Positions 52,340 to 64,000 of a DNA stretch of 64,000 bases are shown piece after piece. The stretch is from Epiperipatus broadwayi. Lineage: Eukaryota; Animalia; Onychophora. How positions within the stretch are numbered: position 1 is the stretch's first letter; each line of letters starts with the position of its first letter. The DNA is taken from positions 17,918,001 to 17,982,000 of the forward strand of contig JAQFVV010000004.1 in NCBI GenBank assembly GCA_028023455.1. Reading direction: 5' to 3'. Below the pieces are notes generated by a model. It was not told the DNA's origin. It saw only the letters and a list, made by a program, of their open reading frames with translations, and searched no databases. A program made the position numbers and the translations under genes.

Positions 52340-53170
52340 ACTTAACTACCAGACATTATTGCACATAAATAAACCATTGTATGAAAAGTTTACCTCATTT
52401 AACAATTCCAAGAATTTTCATTTATTTAAAGCATGTACATATATAAAATTGACTAGTTTTGTTATAAAGCTTATATCTTCCAATATCTTGAAAGTAGCCT
52501 TGGCACATAAAACCTGATATATAATGCAATAAAAACTCAGAACTACTCGTCCAATATGATTGTTAAATGAATTGACAAAACCATTTTCCCGTATGTTCAA
52601 AATGTGTGCCTCATCAGTTGTTAGTGATGTAATTGTGGAAAGGTTTATTTAATTTTTTGGCAAATGCATTTACAACTGCATTATAAATATCTATCCTCAT
52701 GTTTGTTGTTACTAATGAAGATAAAGTGATTAATTCTTTCTTGAAATTGTTCCTAATATAATAATGACTAAAAATAGTTAATGAGCTGATCCAGTTTTGT
52801 CAATAAAGAAAAATGAAACTGCAAAATTTTATTTCTATTTTTGCTGATGAGTTATGAATCTATTTTTTATTTGAATAAGCTTTTGTTCTCAAAATCTTCA
52901 AAAAGAATCAGTGCATATTTTAATTAACTGTGCTTTTTCTAGCTACTGATCATCCCAAAAGGTTCCCCATATTTGGCAATTACATTTGAGACAATATAAC
53001 TAGCAGCAATTATATTTGACTGTTGAGAATGGCCTGTATAATAAATTCTTTTTTTTGTTTTTTTTTTTTAAATTTTATCCTGCAACACAAAACACAAATC
53101 ATTTTATTGCCCTTATTAATGATGTCATATTTTTTTCTTCATCAACTTTGGAATTCTCTGCTAACTTGAT
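52340..53170 (-). pseudogene. hAT transposase (GTF2IRD2-like) catalytic-region relic
   Basis: ASYIVSNVIAKYGEP, ITSLTTDEAHILNIRENGFV..SFYCIIYQVLCAK..KLVNFIYVHALNK*KFLELLNEV..NNVW. Confidence 0.82.
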
Positions 53171-53699
53171 TCTAATAAATTTGTTCATTACTTACCATTT
53201 CCATGTTAAATAGAACAGCAAAATATTTTTCTAAAAAAAATATTGAAAAAAATCTTATAAAATATATTTTTTAAAATTCTTTATATGTATAAATATAATT
53301 ACTTTAAAATGGATCCCCACTGTACTATGTTTGGTACACTTATATCCAAATAATGTCCTTGCCATTTTCTTTACACACTATCAGGACACCACGTAATGTA
53401 TGCTGATCACCAACACATATATAAACCTATGCATGATTAGAGATAGTGGGAAAGACATATCTACTACAGGATAGAGCATTATGATAAGGAAAATCAATTT
53501 TTGTTAATTTCTATCAAACAAAATAAAATTTCATAATAATTGTTAACAAATAGTCATAATAAAATATAGGTTAATAATATCATTTATGCATGACGCCAAA
53601 ATTGTCTTTCACACTACTTTTGACATGTGTGCGATGGTTCACTATAGCTGCATTAGTATATATATGACTACACATTCATATTATTTCTTCTATTAAAAA

Positions 53700-54420
53700 A
53701 AAAAAAGGATATTCAATTTTCAAATATGAAAAATATCTTACAACAAAAACATTACAATATAAAAATAATAAATCTAAATTAGTTTTTTTTTTTTCCTTTA
53801 AATTTACTAGCATTTGTTTGCAAGTATTGAAAATATAAAGAAAGATTTATTCAAAGTCAAAATCTAACAAAAAAAAATTGTTAGAGTAAGAATGTAATAT
53901 TTTATAGTTATATATATATATATAATTAAATTTGAATTCATTTATTTTAAACATATAGCTTGTATGTGCACACACTGTAAAACATTTTACATTAACTGTA
54001 ACACTATCATCTTGTCTTCTTTCCTATGCAATACTGGATTGTTTCCTTTATCTTGAGATTTATATTGAGATAATCTTTTGATGATAAATGTATTGATAGT
54101 TGAGTTCATCTTTTTTCTGGAACATATTCTTTCTTGTAGAATTTTGGTGCAATGACTATAATGGTTCAAAACACTATGCTCTAGTTAATTTAGTATATAT
54201 TTGTAAAAATTTCAGGTTTGTTTTCTAAAAATCATTTTTTTATTTGGAAAAATGATAATTAATTTTAAATTCTATCAATTACACGCTTAACCAGCAAAGT
54301 TCAACTAAAAACTACAAAATTCTATTTTTAAAATAAGAATATTAGTTTTATATATTAACTCTTTCTTTTCAGTCTGGTCTCTGATCAGATGATCATCTCG
54401 ATATTCTTACCTTTCTTGTA
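53700..54420. repeat. Diverged paralogous segment of 63070-63990
   Basis: Colinear blocks AAAAAGGATATTCA.TTTT, AATTTGAATTCATTTA, AAAACATTTTACA.TAA and CCTATGCA, TTTGATGA.AAATG.ATTGA occur in both. Confidence 0.75.
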
Positions 54421-54649
54421 AAAAAAATTTAGGCAATTGTTCCATATTAATACAAAGCAAAAATTAACATTGGTTTTGGTTATACAACAAAACAAAGATC
54501 ACATTTTATTATAAACTGTATTTTAAAAAATAATAATAAACAAACAAACAAAACTTTTTATTTTTAAAATATTAAATGTTTTAAAATTAAAAGATAATTT
54601 TAAAATAATGTAATTCTAATAACATTCTGCCTATATATAATAAACACAT

Positions 54650-55700
54650 AAATAATTCTTTTCATTTCCTCCAGCCTGGAATAAAATGACTTCCTGATGA
54701 ACCTTGACCCATTTGTTTTTTTTCCCCTACTAAGTTAGAATGTAATATTTTTTTAATATACATATCTATCAACTTCTCGTCTTAAGAATATCATTATTCT
54801 TATTTTTAATTACACTTTAAATTATATCCCATTAAGTGTGATAATCCATTTTATGTTAACATTTCCAATACTTTCTAATCTACTTAAATATGATAATATT
54901 TGGATTATAATTTCTAATCTGTCTAAATGTGATAATTCATTTTGGATTATCATTTTTTAAATTTTCTAATTCATTTTAAGTATGATAAACCACTTTGAAT
55001 TGCTATTTCTGAAATTTTCTAATCCATAATCTGATGACATGATTTTCTTATGATGTTATCATCACATATACTGAGTCCCTTTAAACTAATAATTATTTTA
55101 GCTCTTCCTGGTCTAAACTGATTATTTCTAATATTCTGTCATTTATTAAAACAAGTTGTTTATGAGTATTGCTCCAATGTGGCCAATTCTATCCATTTTT
55201 TCTTCTTTAAAAAAATATTCTTTTCTTTGAGTTCTTAAGTTCGAGTATTTCCATCCCATGAATCATCATCAAATCTCATATCCCAATCCATAAGTACACA
55301 TTTCATGAGGTGATATAATTGTCACAGCATGACCACTAGGAGGTTAAGTCTAGTCGTGTTGTATTTTCTCTACGTATTTTTCTCTACTAGTATATAAACT
55401 AAACTGCACCAGAGTTTCTTTACCACCGAGTAACTAGTAAACCAAAAACCATTCTTCTAGCAATAAGAAATACACTGATCCAATGTTTTCTCTATTGCTA
55501 GTTGTCAGCCAATCTAGAAAATACTCTACTGGCAATAATAAATGTAGATATGTTTAAGTCTAAGATAATTAGCACAATATCTAAAAGGATTGTACAATCC
55601 ATCAAATACATTTCTACCATAATATTCATTTTATTCTCCTTTTCTGTATCCTATTTGTAATTGATTTCCTTTAATGTTTCGAAAGTTGATTAAATAAAGG
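54650..55700 (-). mobile_element. Possible decayed LTR-retroelement 5' remnant (LTR edge + gag-like repeats)
   Basis: TGTCACA edge at about 55320; the minus strand downstream reads MDWDMRFDDDSWDGN.. and carries ~45-bp imperfect repeats (54830-55030). Confidence 0.3.
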
Positions 55701-55749
55701 TTTATTCCATGTGTTAATTTTGTAATTGGAATATTTAAATCACTTATTT

Positions 55750-56600
55750 AAATAAATTAACATTGTACATTTATGCTACAGCATATGCAACCACCTCATA
55801 AGTGCTAAAATCATGTTCAGGTACAGTTATTAAAATTAACATATGCAATAAACCCTTACTTAGCCAATGTTCAAAACATTAAGGTAAACCAATTTCTACC
55901 ATAGTGCATTATCAGCTTATATCCAAAACATAAACTCTAACAAATAAATTCCCCAAGAAATTCGTGCAAAATATAATTTTTGATTGTCATAACAATATGT
56001 AGAATATCAACAAGCATAACGCTCTTCAATTATGTTCAACTCTAAAAATATTGCAAAAATTCCTTACTTTTAATTTATTATAACTAATTTTTCCTGACAA
56101 ATTTTCTCATTGAATAAAAAAAAAAAGATTACCTTAATCACATGCATGATCTATTTTCCTCCAAGCAATAGATTTAATGTTAGATCATGACTCTTAGTTC
56201 AGCCCAACTGGTATTTTCAAATTCTCTGCAATTAATATTGTCATAGTTATTAAAATATAAATTTTAACATGTGTGAGGCCCTGATGTAGGTTTTATTCCA
56301 TTATCCTTATTAATATGTCATTATCTGACCCACATACATCTTAGTCAATTATCTCTATTTCTGGAAACATTCCCCAACTATAATTCTAATAATTACCCTA
56401 AATATCAAACACATTCTTAAATTTAACAAATATCTTATTATAAATATCAATCTAAATTTTTGTAGTTATTATTAAAAAAGCATCTTCAATTCTCTAAAAT
56501 ACCAGGAAATCAAAAATGAAATGGAGCCACACCAATTTTTAATATTATTGATATTCAAAAAACATATCCTATTATATCATAATAATATTTATCCATCACC
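55750..56600 (-). pseudogene. Possible decayed LINE RT fragment
   Basis: Weak motif echoes (NGIK..G, FLGEFI, YEVVAYA) among many stops. Confidence 0.3.
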
Positions 56601-57747
56601 ATTAATCTAAAAAAAAATTCAAGACTCAAAAATTTGAACAATAAAATACTTAATTCCTCTTTCATTAACATTTTCCCTTCTACTCACTAAAAGGAATAAT
56701 AAATAAATATTTATTTCTAAACCAATCCAAATAAATATCCATGTACCTATATTTACCCAAATTATTAATCTAAAAACTAATAAAACATAAAACATTAAAA
56801 AAATAAGAAAAATTCATGTGTTTGACATTTAAACTTTTGAAGTCTAAATTATAGTTTATAATAAGGTAATAAAGTTTTTGAATTCATAATTCAAAAATAT
56901 CAAAGTAAGTTAAAAAACTAAAATCCTTCAAATCTTTAATTATTCTATCTTGGAAGAATATATTATACATTTAATTTCCAATTGAAAACTCCTAATATAC
57001 CATAATCATTTCAGATTTTAATAATAAAACATTTAATGGAATTAAAATGTAATAATAACATTGCATACTCAATATTTTGAATAACTTTTATACTATTTAA
57101 TCTAAAAATAATCTGACTATGTTGAGAAGAAGAATATAAATATATTCTATATACTGCACCAAAAAATGAAATAAAAATAATTATAATTATACTAAATGAC
57201 CTTCAAAAAATTAAAGAATTAATAATTCCAATTTTACTAAACAAATTTTATGAAGGAGGAAATGCCATATTCACAATAATTAATATAAACCAAAATAATC
57301 CTAAACTTGGAAACAAATCTAACATTCCTTTAGCAACCACCATTCTTCACGAATGTTACTGCTCATATAAACAAAATAAGTCAGATGAATGAGGACCATG
57401 TCCAATTAGCATTAACCCCTCCCTTACATATCACAAATAGTGACCTAATTATTAATCCTATATATCCAACCGATAAATAAGCAATTAATGTCTTCTTATT
57501 CTTGTTATTACTGCCTCAAATAATCTTTAATAAAAAATTTCCTAAACTTTATAAAGTAATTGTTTTAAAAATTATTAAAAATCAAATAACCCCATAGCCT
57601 CCCAATTTTAATAATACCCTTGCTAAAATTATTGATCCTGAAATTAAAGCTTCAACATGAGCCTTTGGCAACCAAATATATACAACATATTGAGCTGATA
57701 TTTTAAGACAGCTCATATATATATATAAGCTCACATATTTATAATTT

Positions 57748-59314
57748 TGTCATAGATATTTTCCGAAGTTAAATAGTTTGTAAAATAAAAATTAACAAAT
57801 GATTTTAATTTAATGGGAAGGGTAAAATCTTAAACTTTTATTTTTGCTATGAATTTGAGCAATTTTTTAAAAAAAAAAAAGAAAAAAAAGATAAAATATA
57901 ATTTATTGTCAAAAATGTTAAAAGTGTTTAATTAAAAGGAAGAAAACTCGAGAGATAAAAGGGTGGGGAAAAGAAAACAAAATTAGATTGTTGGTAGTAA
58001 TTAGACTCTATTGTTGAAACTTTCACAAACTAAAAGTATTTGGTTAATAATTGCTATTATGCTAATTAAAAAGAAAAAAAAAGATAAGAGAATGAGAGGT
58101 AAAATCGTTTTTAGAGTAAGTCAGTTGACTTGAGAGACCAGCAAGGACAATAAAGTAAAAAAAAGAGAGAAAAGCTGTGCTCCGAATCAGAAATTATTAT
58201 AGAAACGTATTTTGCGGACTCTTTTCAAATGCATAGCGGCTAAAGCTACCAAAACCTTCCCCTTTGGGGAATTGGCCGCCACTCCATCTGAATGAAGCCA
58301 CCGAAAGAGTCAAGGAATGGAAAGAAATGTATATTGCTAGCCGGACAACCAAAGGAACATCCATGGACACACCAGAATTCTCATATACAAGGACAAAGGC
58401 ACAACAAATGGAATGTGAATCTATGAAAGTCAGGCCACTTCGCTCTGATCGATCAGGGTAATTATAAACTTTTCAATTAATGGGAACTTTATTTTTGATT
58501 TATTTTTCGTTTATTATATTTGTTACGAATGTTTCAACAATAGAGGTGGGGAAATAGATTTATTTAATATCGTAAACTATTTATGTTAATTCTCATTAAA
58601 TATTTTTATGAAATATTGGTATGACTGTACGTTAAATTATTTAATATCTGTTCGATCTAGAGGGTAACAACAGGGTGGGGATATAAAAGTGCGCTGCCAA
58701 GCAACAGAGAATCTTAGGGCGTTACTTGCTTGTTAGTAGAAAATAAGGGAAGTGTTGAAAGTATAAGAAAACGAAAGACACTTATACGTTCATTTTAAGT
58801 TTTTGCAAGTTATTTATTTACCAAATAAAGTGGGGTTTAAAAATAAACTTCAGGAAAGATTATATACTATAAGTCGCCTTTGTATACACGCCTGCTAGAA
58901 TCCGCAGTGTTAGTGTCGGCGCAAGTAAATCCATGGTAGATATTTGGGAAGAATACTTAGAAAGTTAAAAGTTTGAAAAATCAGAAATTGTAAGTCAGTT
59001 CTCTCTGGATCGGGCAGAAATATAATGTTATTAATAATAATAATAATAATAAAGGAAAGTTTTTTTGTATCCAACGTATATTTGAGTTCTTTAATTATTT
59101 ATAATAATTAGTTAGTGTCCTTAAGTAAAAACCCCTGTCAGATTATGAACAAAATTTGTAATCAGTGAATCGCCGTTCGAAAATAAATAAGACCAGGTTT
59201 ACGTAAAGCTTCGTGGCCAGGTTCCAAGAGAGAAATCCTTGGTGGCACCCTCGACGGCGATTCTAATAATTAAGATTCAGTTATTAGGGGAAGGAAAAGA
59301 ATTGTAGTGTCACA
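57748..59314. mobile_element. Solo-LTR-like element with architecture like 17229 and 21164
   Basis: Ends GTGTCACA before ATAT; CCAGGTTC..GGTGGCACCC about 75 nt from the end; AT-rich 5' part and GC-richer middle. Left boundary uncertain (57748 or 58521). Confidence 0.5.
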
Positions 59315-59559
59315 ATATATTGGCAATTTAACAAAAAAAGCCATCATACAAATTATTCAAAAAAATGGTATACATTTTCTCATTAAAAAATAATGTCATT
59401 ATTATAATAAAGTATTTAATAATTCAATACAACCCAATAATACCGACCTAGAAAGGAAATAATGCAAATAAAGTATAAAACAACAAATACAATATTGCCT
59501 GAAGCTGTTCTGGCTGATAACCTTAGCCTATAATCAAAACAGTGAGAAATAACTAATTT

Positions 59560-60000
59560 GGTAAACCATACCTGCTATCCATTAAGTATTTATGTGATTC
59601 AGAATTGATACAAAATGGATGATTGCTTTCAAAAAGAAATAAATTTTATTCTCTTAATTCTGCCAAAACTTTGCATTTTTGCATTAAAAAAAAGAAGTTT
59701 TCCCCATTTACATGGGAAGATCTGCAGACAAAATTGAAATTTATGATTCAACTATTGAAAGTTTTTAATCAAAGTTTATTTCCAGTGGATGAATTAGACT
59801 ACAAATAAATTATTTGATAACAGATATCAAAGAATCATTGAATTCAGGAATATAATATATTTAGAATAGATTGGTAGAGATCAAATTATTCTAGTTGAGT
59901 ATTATGCTCCTATATTCAGCAACTTACATTCAAAACATGTAAAACTCTTCATACAATAGTGATTTGCACTAAGCAAGCATAAGAAATGATCATCATGTGA
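59560..60000 (+). pseudogene. Possible LINE RT C-terminal fragment
   Basis: SLNSAKT..VDELDYK and VEYYAPIFSN resemble the LNxxKT, IDxxLxWK and LEYxAPxW motifs. Confidence 0.4.
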
Positions 60001-60230
60001 CATTTGGTGGTTTTCAATTATGACCCCATGCAATTAAAAAGACAGATGAGTGGGAATTAAAAAATTGAAGATGCATGTATAGCAGCTTAAACTCTGTTAC
60101 TTTTGATGAAGGAATATTAGACATTCTTACTAATTTTATATATATTAAAGCAAGAATTTCTTTAGGAAAAAATGTAAATGCAATTTTTGGATTCATCCAC
60201 GTTTGTGACTGTTTGCTATTAGTATTGTAG

Positions 60231-60398
60231 CCTTGGCATTTTGGTGCAATCTCTCCATTACTTGCATAGAATGAGTGATTCAAGTGACATCATTCTAATT
60301 CATCTCAATTTATCCTTGGCATTTGGTGCAATCTCTCTATTACTTGGAAAGAATGAGTGACTCAAGTGACATCGTTATAGTTCATCTCAATTTATCCT
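60231..60398. repeat. 83-bp tandem duplication
   Basis: CCTTGGCATTT..CATCTCAATTTAT at 60231 and 60314. Confidence 0.88.
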
Positions 60399-60599
60399 TT
60401 AGTTTTCTCCATCATCCAACTTCATCTAACCTATCCTTATTTGAGATCTATTTCTTTCAAATATCTACAATCTCTTATCCCTTCTAAAGTTTAGTCTAGA
60501 ACTTAGTCCTGGTTTAGATGATTATTGCAATTTTTCTAACAATATGTGTTCATTCTAGACTTTTTGGATTATAGATCTAATTTCCTTTTATGGAAATGT

Positions 60600-61950
60600 G
60601 TTTGATACTGAAATTCTCTTTTGCTAATGGTGGTCCCCTATTTCAGATATTGGGAAATCCAAAATCTTTCCTTCCAGAACACTTTTGCATTTACCGGCTC
60701 ATATACCTGAAATTCAATAATTCAGTAACTATTCAGCAGTTTTGTCATTTACCACAAGCAGATTATATCTAATGACTCTAATTATCTAGCCATCACACAA
60801 GGCATTTGCAGTCAAGCCTCTTAAATTAATTATTTGGCATTTAAAAAACTAGATATTATTTATGTAATGCCTAGTCAATATTTTTCTTATGACACCTGAT
60901 GCCATGTACCATCTTGCCACCTTTCCACACAGGACTATCATAATAGTAATTCTTTATATTCTAGGAAGTCTTCTTGCTTTGGTCATAAAAACTTCAACTA
61001 GTGATTCAACAATCCTTATAATTGTGCTTAGGCCAGTACTATTTTCTACCTTTCTTCTATCCAGTCAGAGAGAAATATTTCTCTAAACTGTTCAAGTGTT
61101 TCATTGAGCCCTGCATCATTTTCTAACAATTTAATTTTCAGGCACTGGCTGATCCCTTTTTAGCATAGTTCATGTTCTTTAGATGTTTTCTTCATATTAC
61201 ATTAAGTTCATGAGTTTTTTGGCCTAGTTTCGCACCTTTATTTTCACTTTTTGCTTTATCTTTATGTGCAATATTTCTCTGTCCTCTTATTGCTTTTTTG
61301 TCCAATCTTGAGCTTTCTGCTCAATTTTTAACACCAGATTCATCATTTGAACCATTATTTCTTTTTAACATTTCTCTCTTTGTTTTTATTATTTCTTCTT
61401 GCTATTCTTTCTCTACCTCCAATTTCACTTTGTCCATTCTTTAACTTTTCTATCTGCTTTTTCATTTTTGTACTTGTTATACAACATTTTCTATTTTCTT
61501 ATCCTGATCATTTTATCTCCCATTTTTCTGGTCATATTTTGGAAGACTTCTTGACCACTTTTGATCATTCTTTTATTATCTTCGCATAACTAGTTTAATC
61601 TATTTTCTTCATGCCATTAGATTTTCTTTTGCTTATCTTTGATTGTTTTCTTCTCTATTCATCAGCATCATTTGTTTGTTTTCATCAACTTTTCTGACTG
61701 CTTTCATCAACATCTTTCACATTTGTGCAATTACAACTATATCTTCCTTTTTTGTTATATGAATTGGATGTTGATCTTGGATTTGATCAACCTGCTGTTC
61801 CATTTTTTTTTAGCTTTTGCTCCTGCTAACATATACTTTATTATTTGCTGCATTTTACTTCTTAAAATTTAAGATATTTTAAATAAATAAATCTCATATT
61901 CCATCGTTTCCATGCAATCTTCCATCTTTTACTTTAAACATTCCTAGATC
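60600..61950 (-). pseudogene. Decayed Gypsy gag-like region (coiled-coil plus retrotransposon gag core)
   Basis: K/E/Q-rich heptad-like pieces, then LEQFREIFLSDWIEER*KIVLA*AQL*G and QEDFLEYKELL. Confidence 0.4.
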
Positions 61951-62378
61951 TTTATTTTGAACTCTATTATTTTAACTTGTCTTTTTAAATACTAATTTTA
62001 GTTTATTATTCTGACTTTATCCCCCATTCTATATTATTTGTACATATGTGAATGATTCACTTACTTTAATATTTTAGTAATATTATCAGGGCTACAAGTT
62101 TATTGAGACAACACTTTGGAAGCTAAAAGAATATACTACAAGGAAAAAGGCCATCTTATTCCTGTGGGTATAATTTTCAAAGGCATATATTAGTATATCA
62201 AAATATGAGTGTTGAATCTGAAAATAGATATCAATAATTGATTCACATAAATCTTATGTTAATCATTCAAATGTAACGAAATATTAGACTGCTTATAATA
62301 TGCTAATTTTAATGATGACTATTATATAAGCCCTATTTAATATTCAATTTTATTTACTAGTGCAGAGAATGTGTGTAA

Positions 62379-62513
62379 TTTAGATAGAAGGGATTTACAC
62401 CCTAAGCACATGCGCTGTAATATTGTTACAATAGCTTAATGATGTACTCAAGACATTGAGGTATTATAACATTACAACTCAGGTGCTTAAGGTGTAAATC
62501 CTTTCTGTTTAAA
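62379..62513. mobile_element. Small MITE-like foldback (135 bp)
   Basis: 31-bp imperfect inverted ends (62379-62409, 62483-62513; 4 mismatches). Confidence 0.55.
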
Positions 62514-63069
62514 TACGCCTTATTTATGTATCACTAAAGATATGACAATTATAATATAAATTTAATGAGTTTACTATCAGATCTAAATGGGGGGGGGGGG
62601 ATTCCATACTCTCTAAATATGAATGGTTGACGTTATATAAGATAAAATAAATTTCCATCTTTATTTCTCACCTCCAACAGATATAAAAACATCATTATGG
62701 TGTATTTATTTTACTTGGGTTATTACTTAATCACACTATGAAAGGCACTATCTGTTAAGCAGCAAGCCTGTGGACATCATAATTACATAAGTTTACCAAT
62801 CCACTTATTGCACAGATTCAAACTCAGCCACAAGTATGAATTTATCTAACTTTCCCCATCTTAAATCAGTCACACAAACATATAATGCACAGAAAGATAG
62901 AGACGATGAATAAAGATTCCACTGAAATTAAATTATGATAAAAATTTATTTAACCAATTAACAAAAAAAAAAAGATATTTATAAACTGGGCATTGATAAA
63001 GTGATAAGCGAATAATAGGGACTAGCATATATATTTAACTATGCAATTTTATTAATTATTTCCTTAAAA

Positions 63070-63990
63070 AAAACAAAAAGGATATTCAGTTTTGAAATAT
63101 GAAAAAAAACCTTACAGAGCATATATATAGCTATACATTTTTATTAATTATTTCCTTTAAAAAACAAAACAAAAAGGATATTCAATTTTATGAAAAATAC
63201 CTCACAGGACAAACATTGGGATACAAAAATAATAAATTTAAATTAGATTTAATAATTTTTATTAGTCATTCATTAGACTAGAGATTATCCAATAATAAAA
63301 AATATTTCTGTAGTGGAATTTTTCATTACACCACTTTCATACAAGGTTTCCTCTTGTTTCTTTAAATTTAATAGTATTGTTTACAAGTATTGCAAATATT
63401 AAAAAAAAAAAAAAAAAGATAGAGTAATAACTTAATTTACTGCTTTACACTATTATATAAAAGTTATATTTAAATTTGAATTCATTTACTTTAAATATCT
63501 ATGTAAGTGTGCATACCTTAAAACATTTTACAATAATTGTATCACTGTCATCTTTTTTTTCCCTATGCACAACTGATTGAAATTTCTTTCTATTGAGACA
63601 ATTCTTTGATGACAAATGCATTGAAAGTTGTGTTTAACTTTTTTCTAGAAACATTATTGCTAGTAAAATTTTGGTGGATTAGCTAAATGGTGGTATGTTT
63701 GTAAAAAAATTTCCATATGGTTTCTGTTTTCTAAAAAAAGAAATTTTTTTTAGTTGACAGAATAATAATCAATTTTAAATTTTAATAATTAAATGCTTAA
63801 CTAGCAAGTTTAACTTTCTAGTTCCAGACAGAATTACAAAATTCACTTTTAAAATAAAAATGAAAATTTAACCATTTTTCTTCATCTCTAATTACATGAC
63901 TATCTCAATATTTCTATTTTCCTATTAATTTTTTTTTTTGGTAATTGTTCAATTTTAATACAAAGAAAAAAATTATCAGTTTTTTGGCTA
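63070..63990. repeat. Diverged paralogous segment of 53700-54420
   Basis: See 53700-54420; its first ~60 bp is locally duplicated (63075 and 63172). Confidence 0.75.
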
Positions 63991-64000
63991 TACAACAAAA

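Overview
Very AT-rich eukaryotic DNA, probably from an invertebrate animal (inferred from the TE repertoire). I recognise no intact host gene, tRNA, rRNA or CRISPR array; almost all ORF-track entries are spurious or are pieces of decayed transposons. The window is a layered transposon graveyard. (1) A 15.3-kb Ty3/Gypsy-type LTR retrotransposon (17077-32340, CTTG TSD) has ~2.3-kb LTRs; its 5' LTR is swollen to ~8.2 kb by nested insertions, and its internal region is deleted and tandemly duplicated. (2) A 5'-truncated Penelope-like element (GIY-YIG relic) is flanked by two oppositely oriented pLTR copies, each carrying a foldable type-I hammerhead ribozyme with a non-canonical A3-U8 core and covarying stem I. 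(3) Several hAT elements and transposase fossils are present; one is interrupted by a 1.35-kb TIR element with an 8-bp TSD. (4) There are also LINE RT fossils, solo LTRs, MITEs, a perfect 208-bp inverted repeat and a 165-bp in-frame tandem repeat. Best lead: the variant hammerhead pair at 32849-32890 (-) and 34309-34350 (+). All alignments, translations and folds were done by eye; no database search was run.
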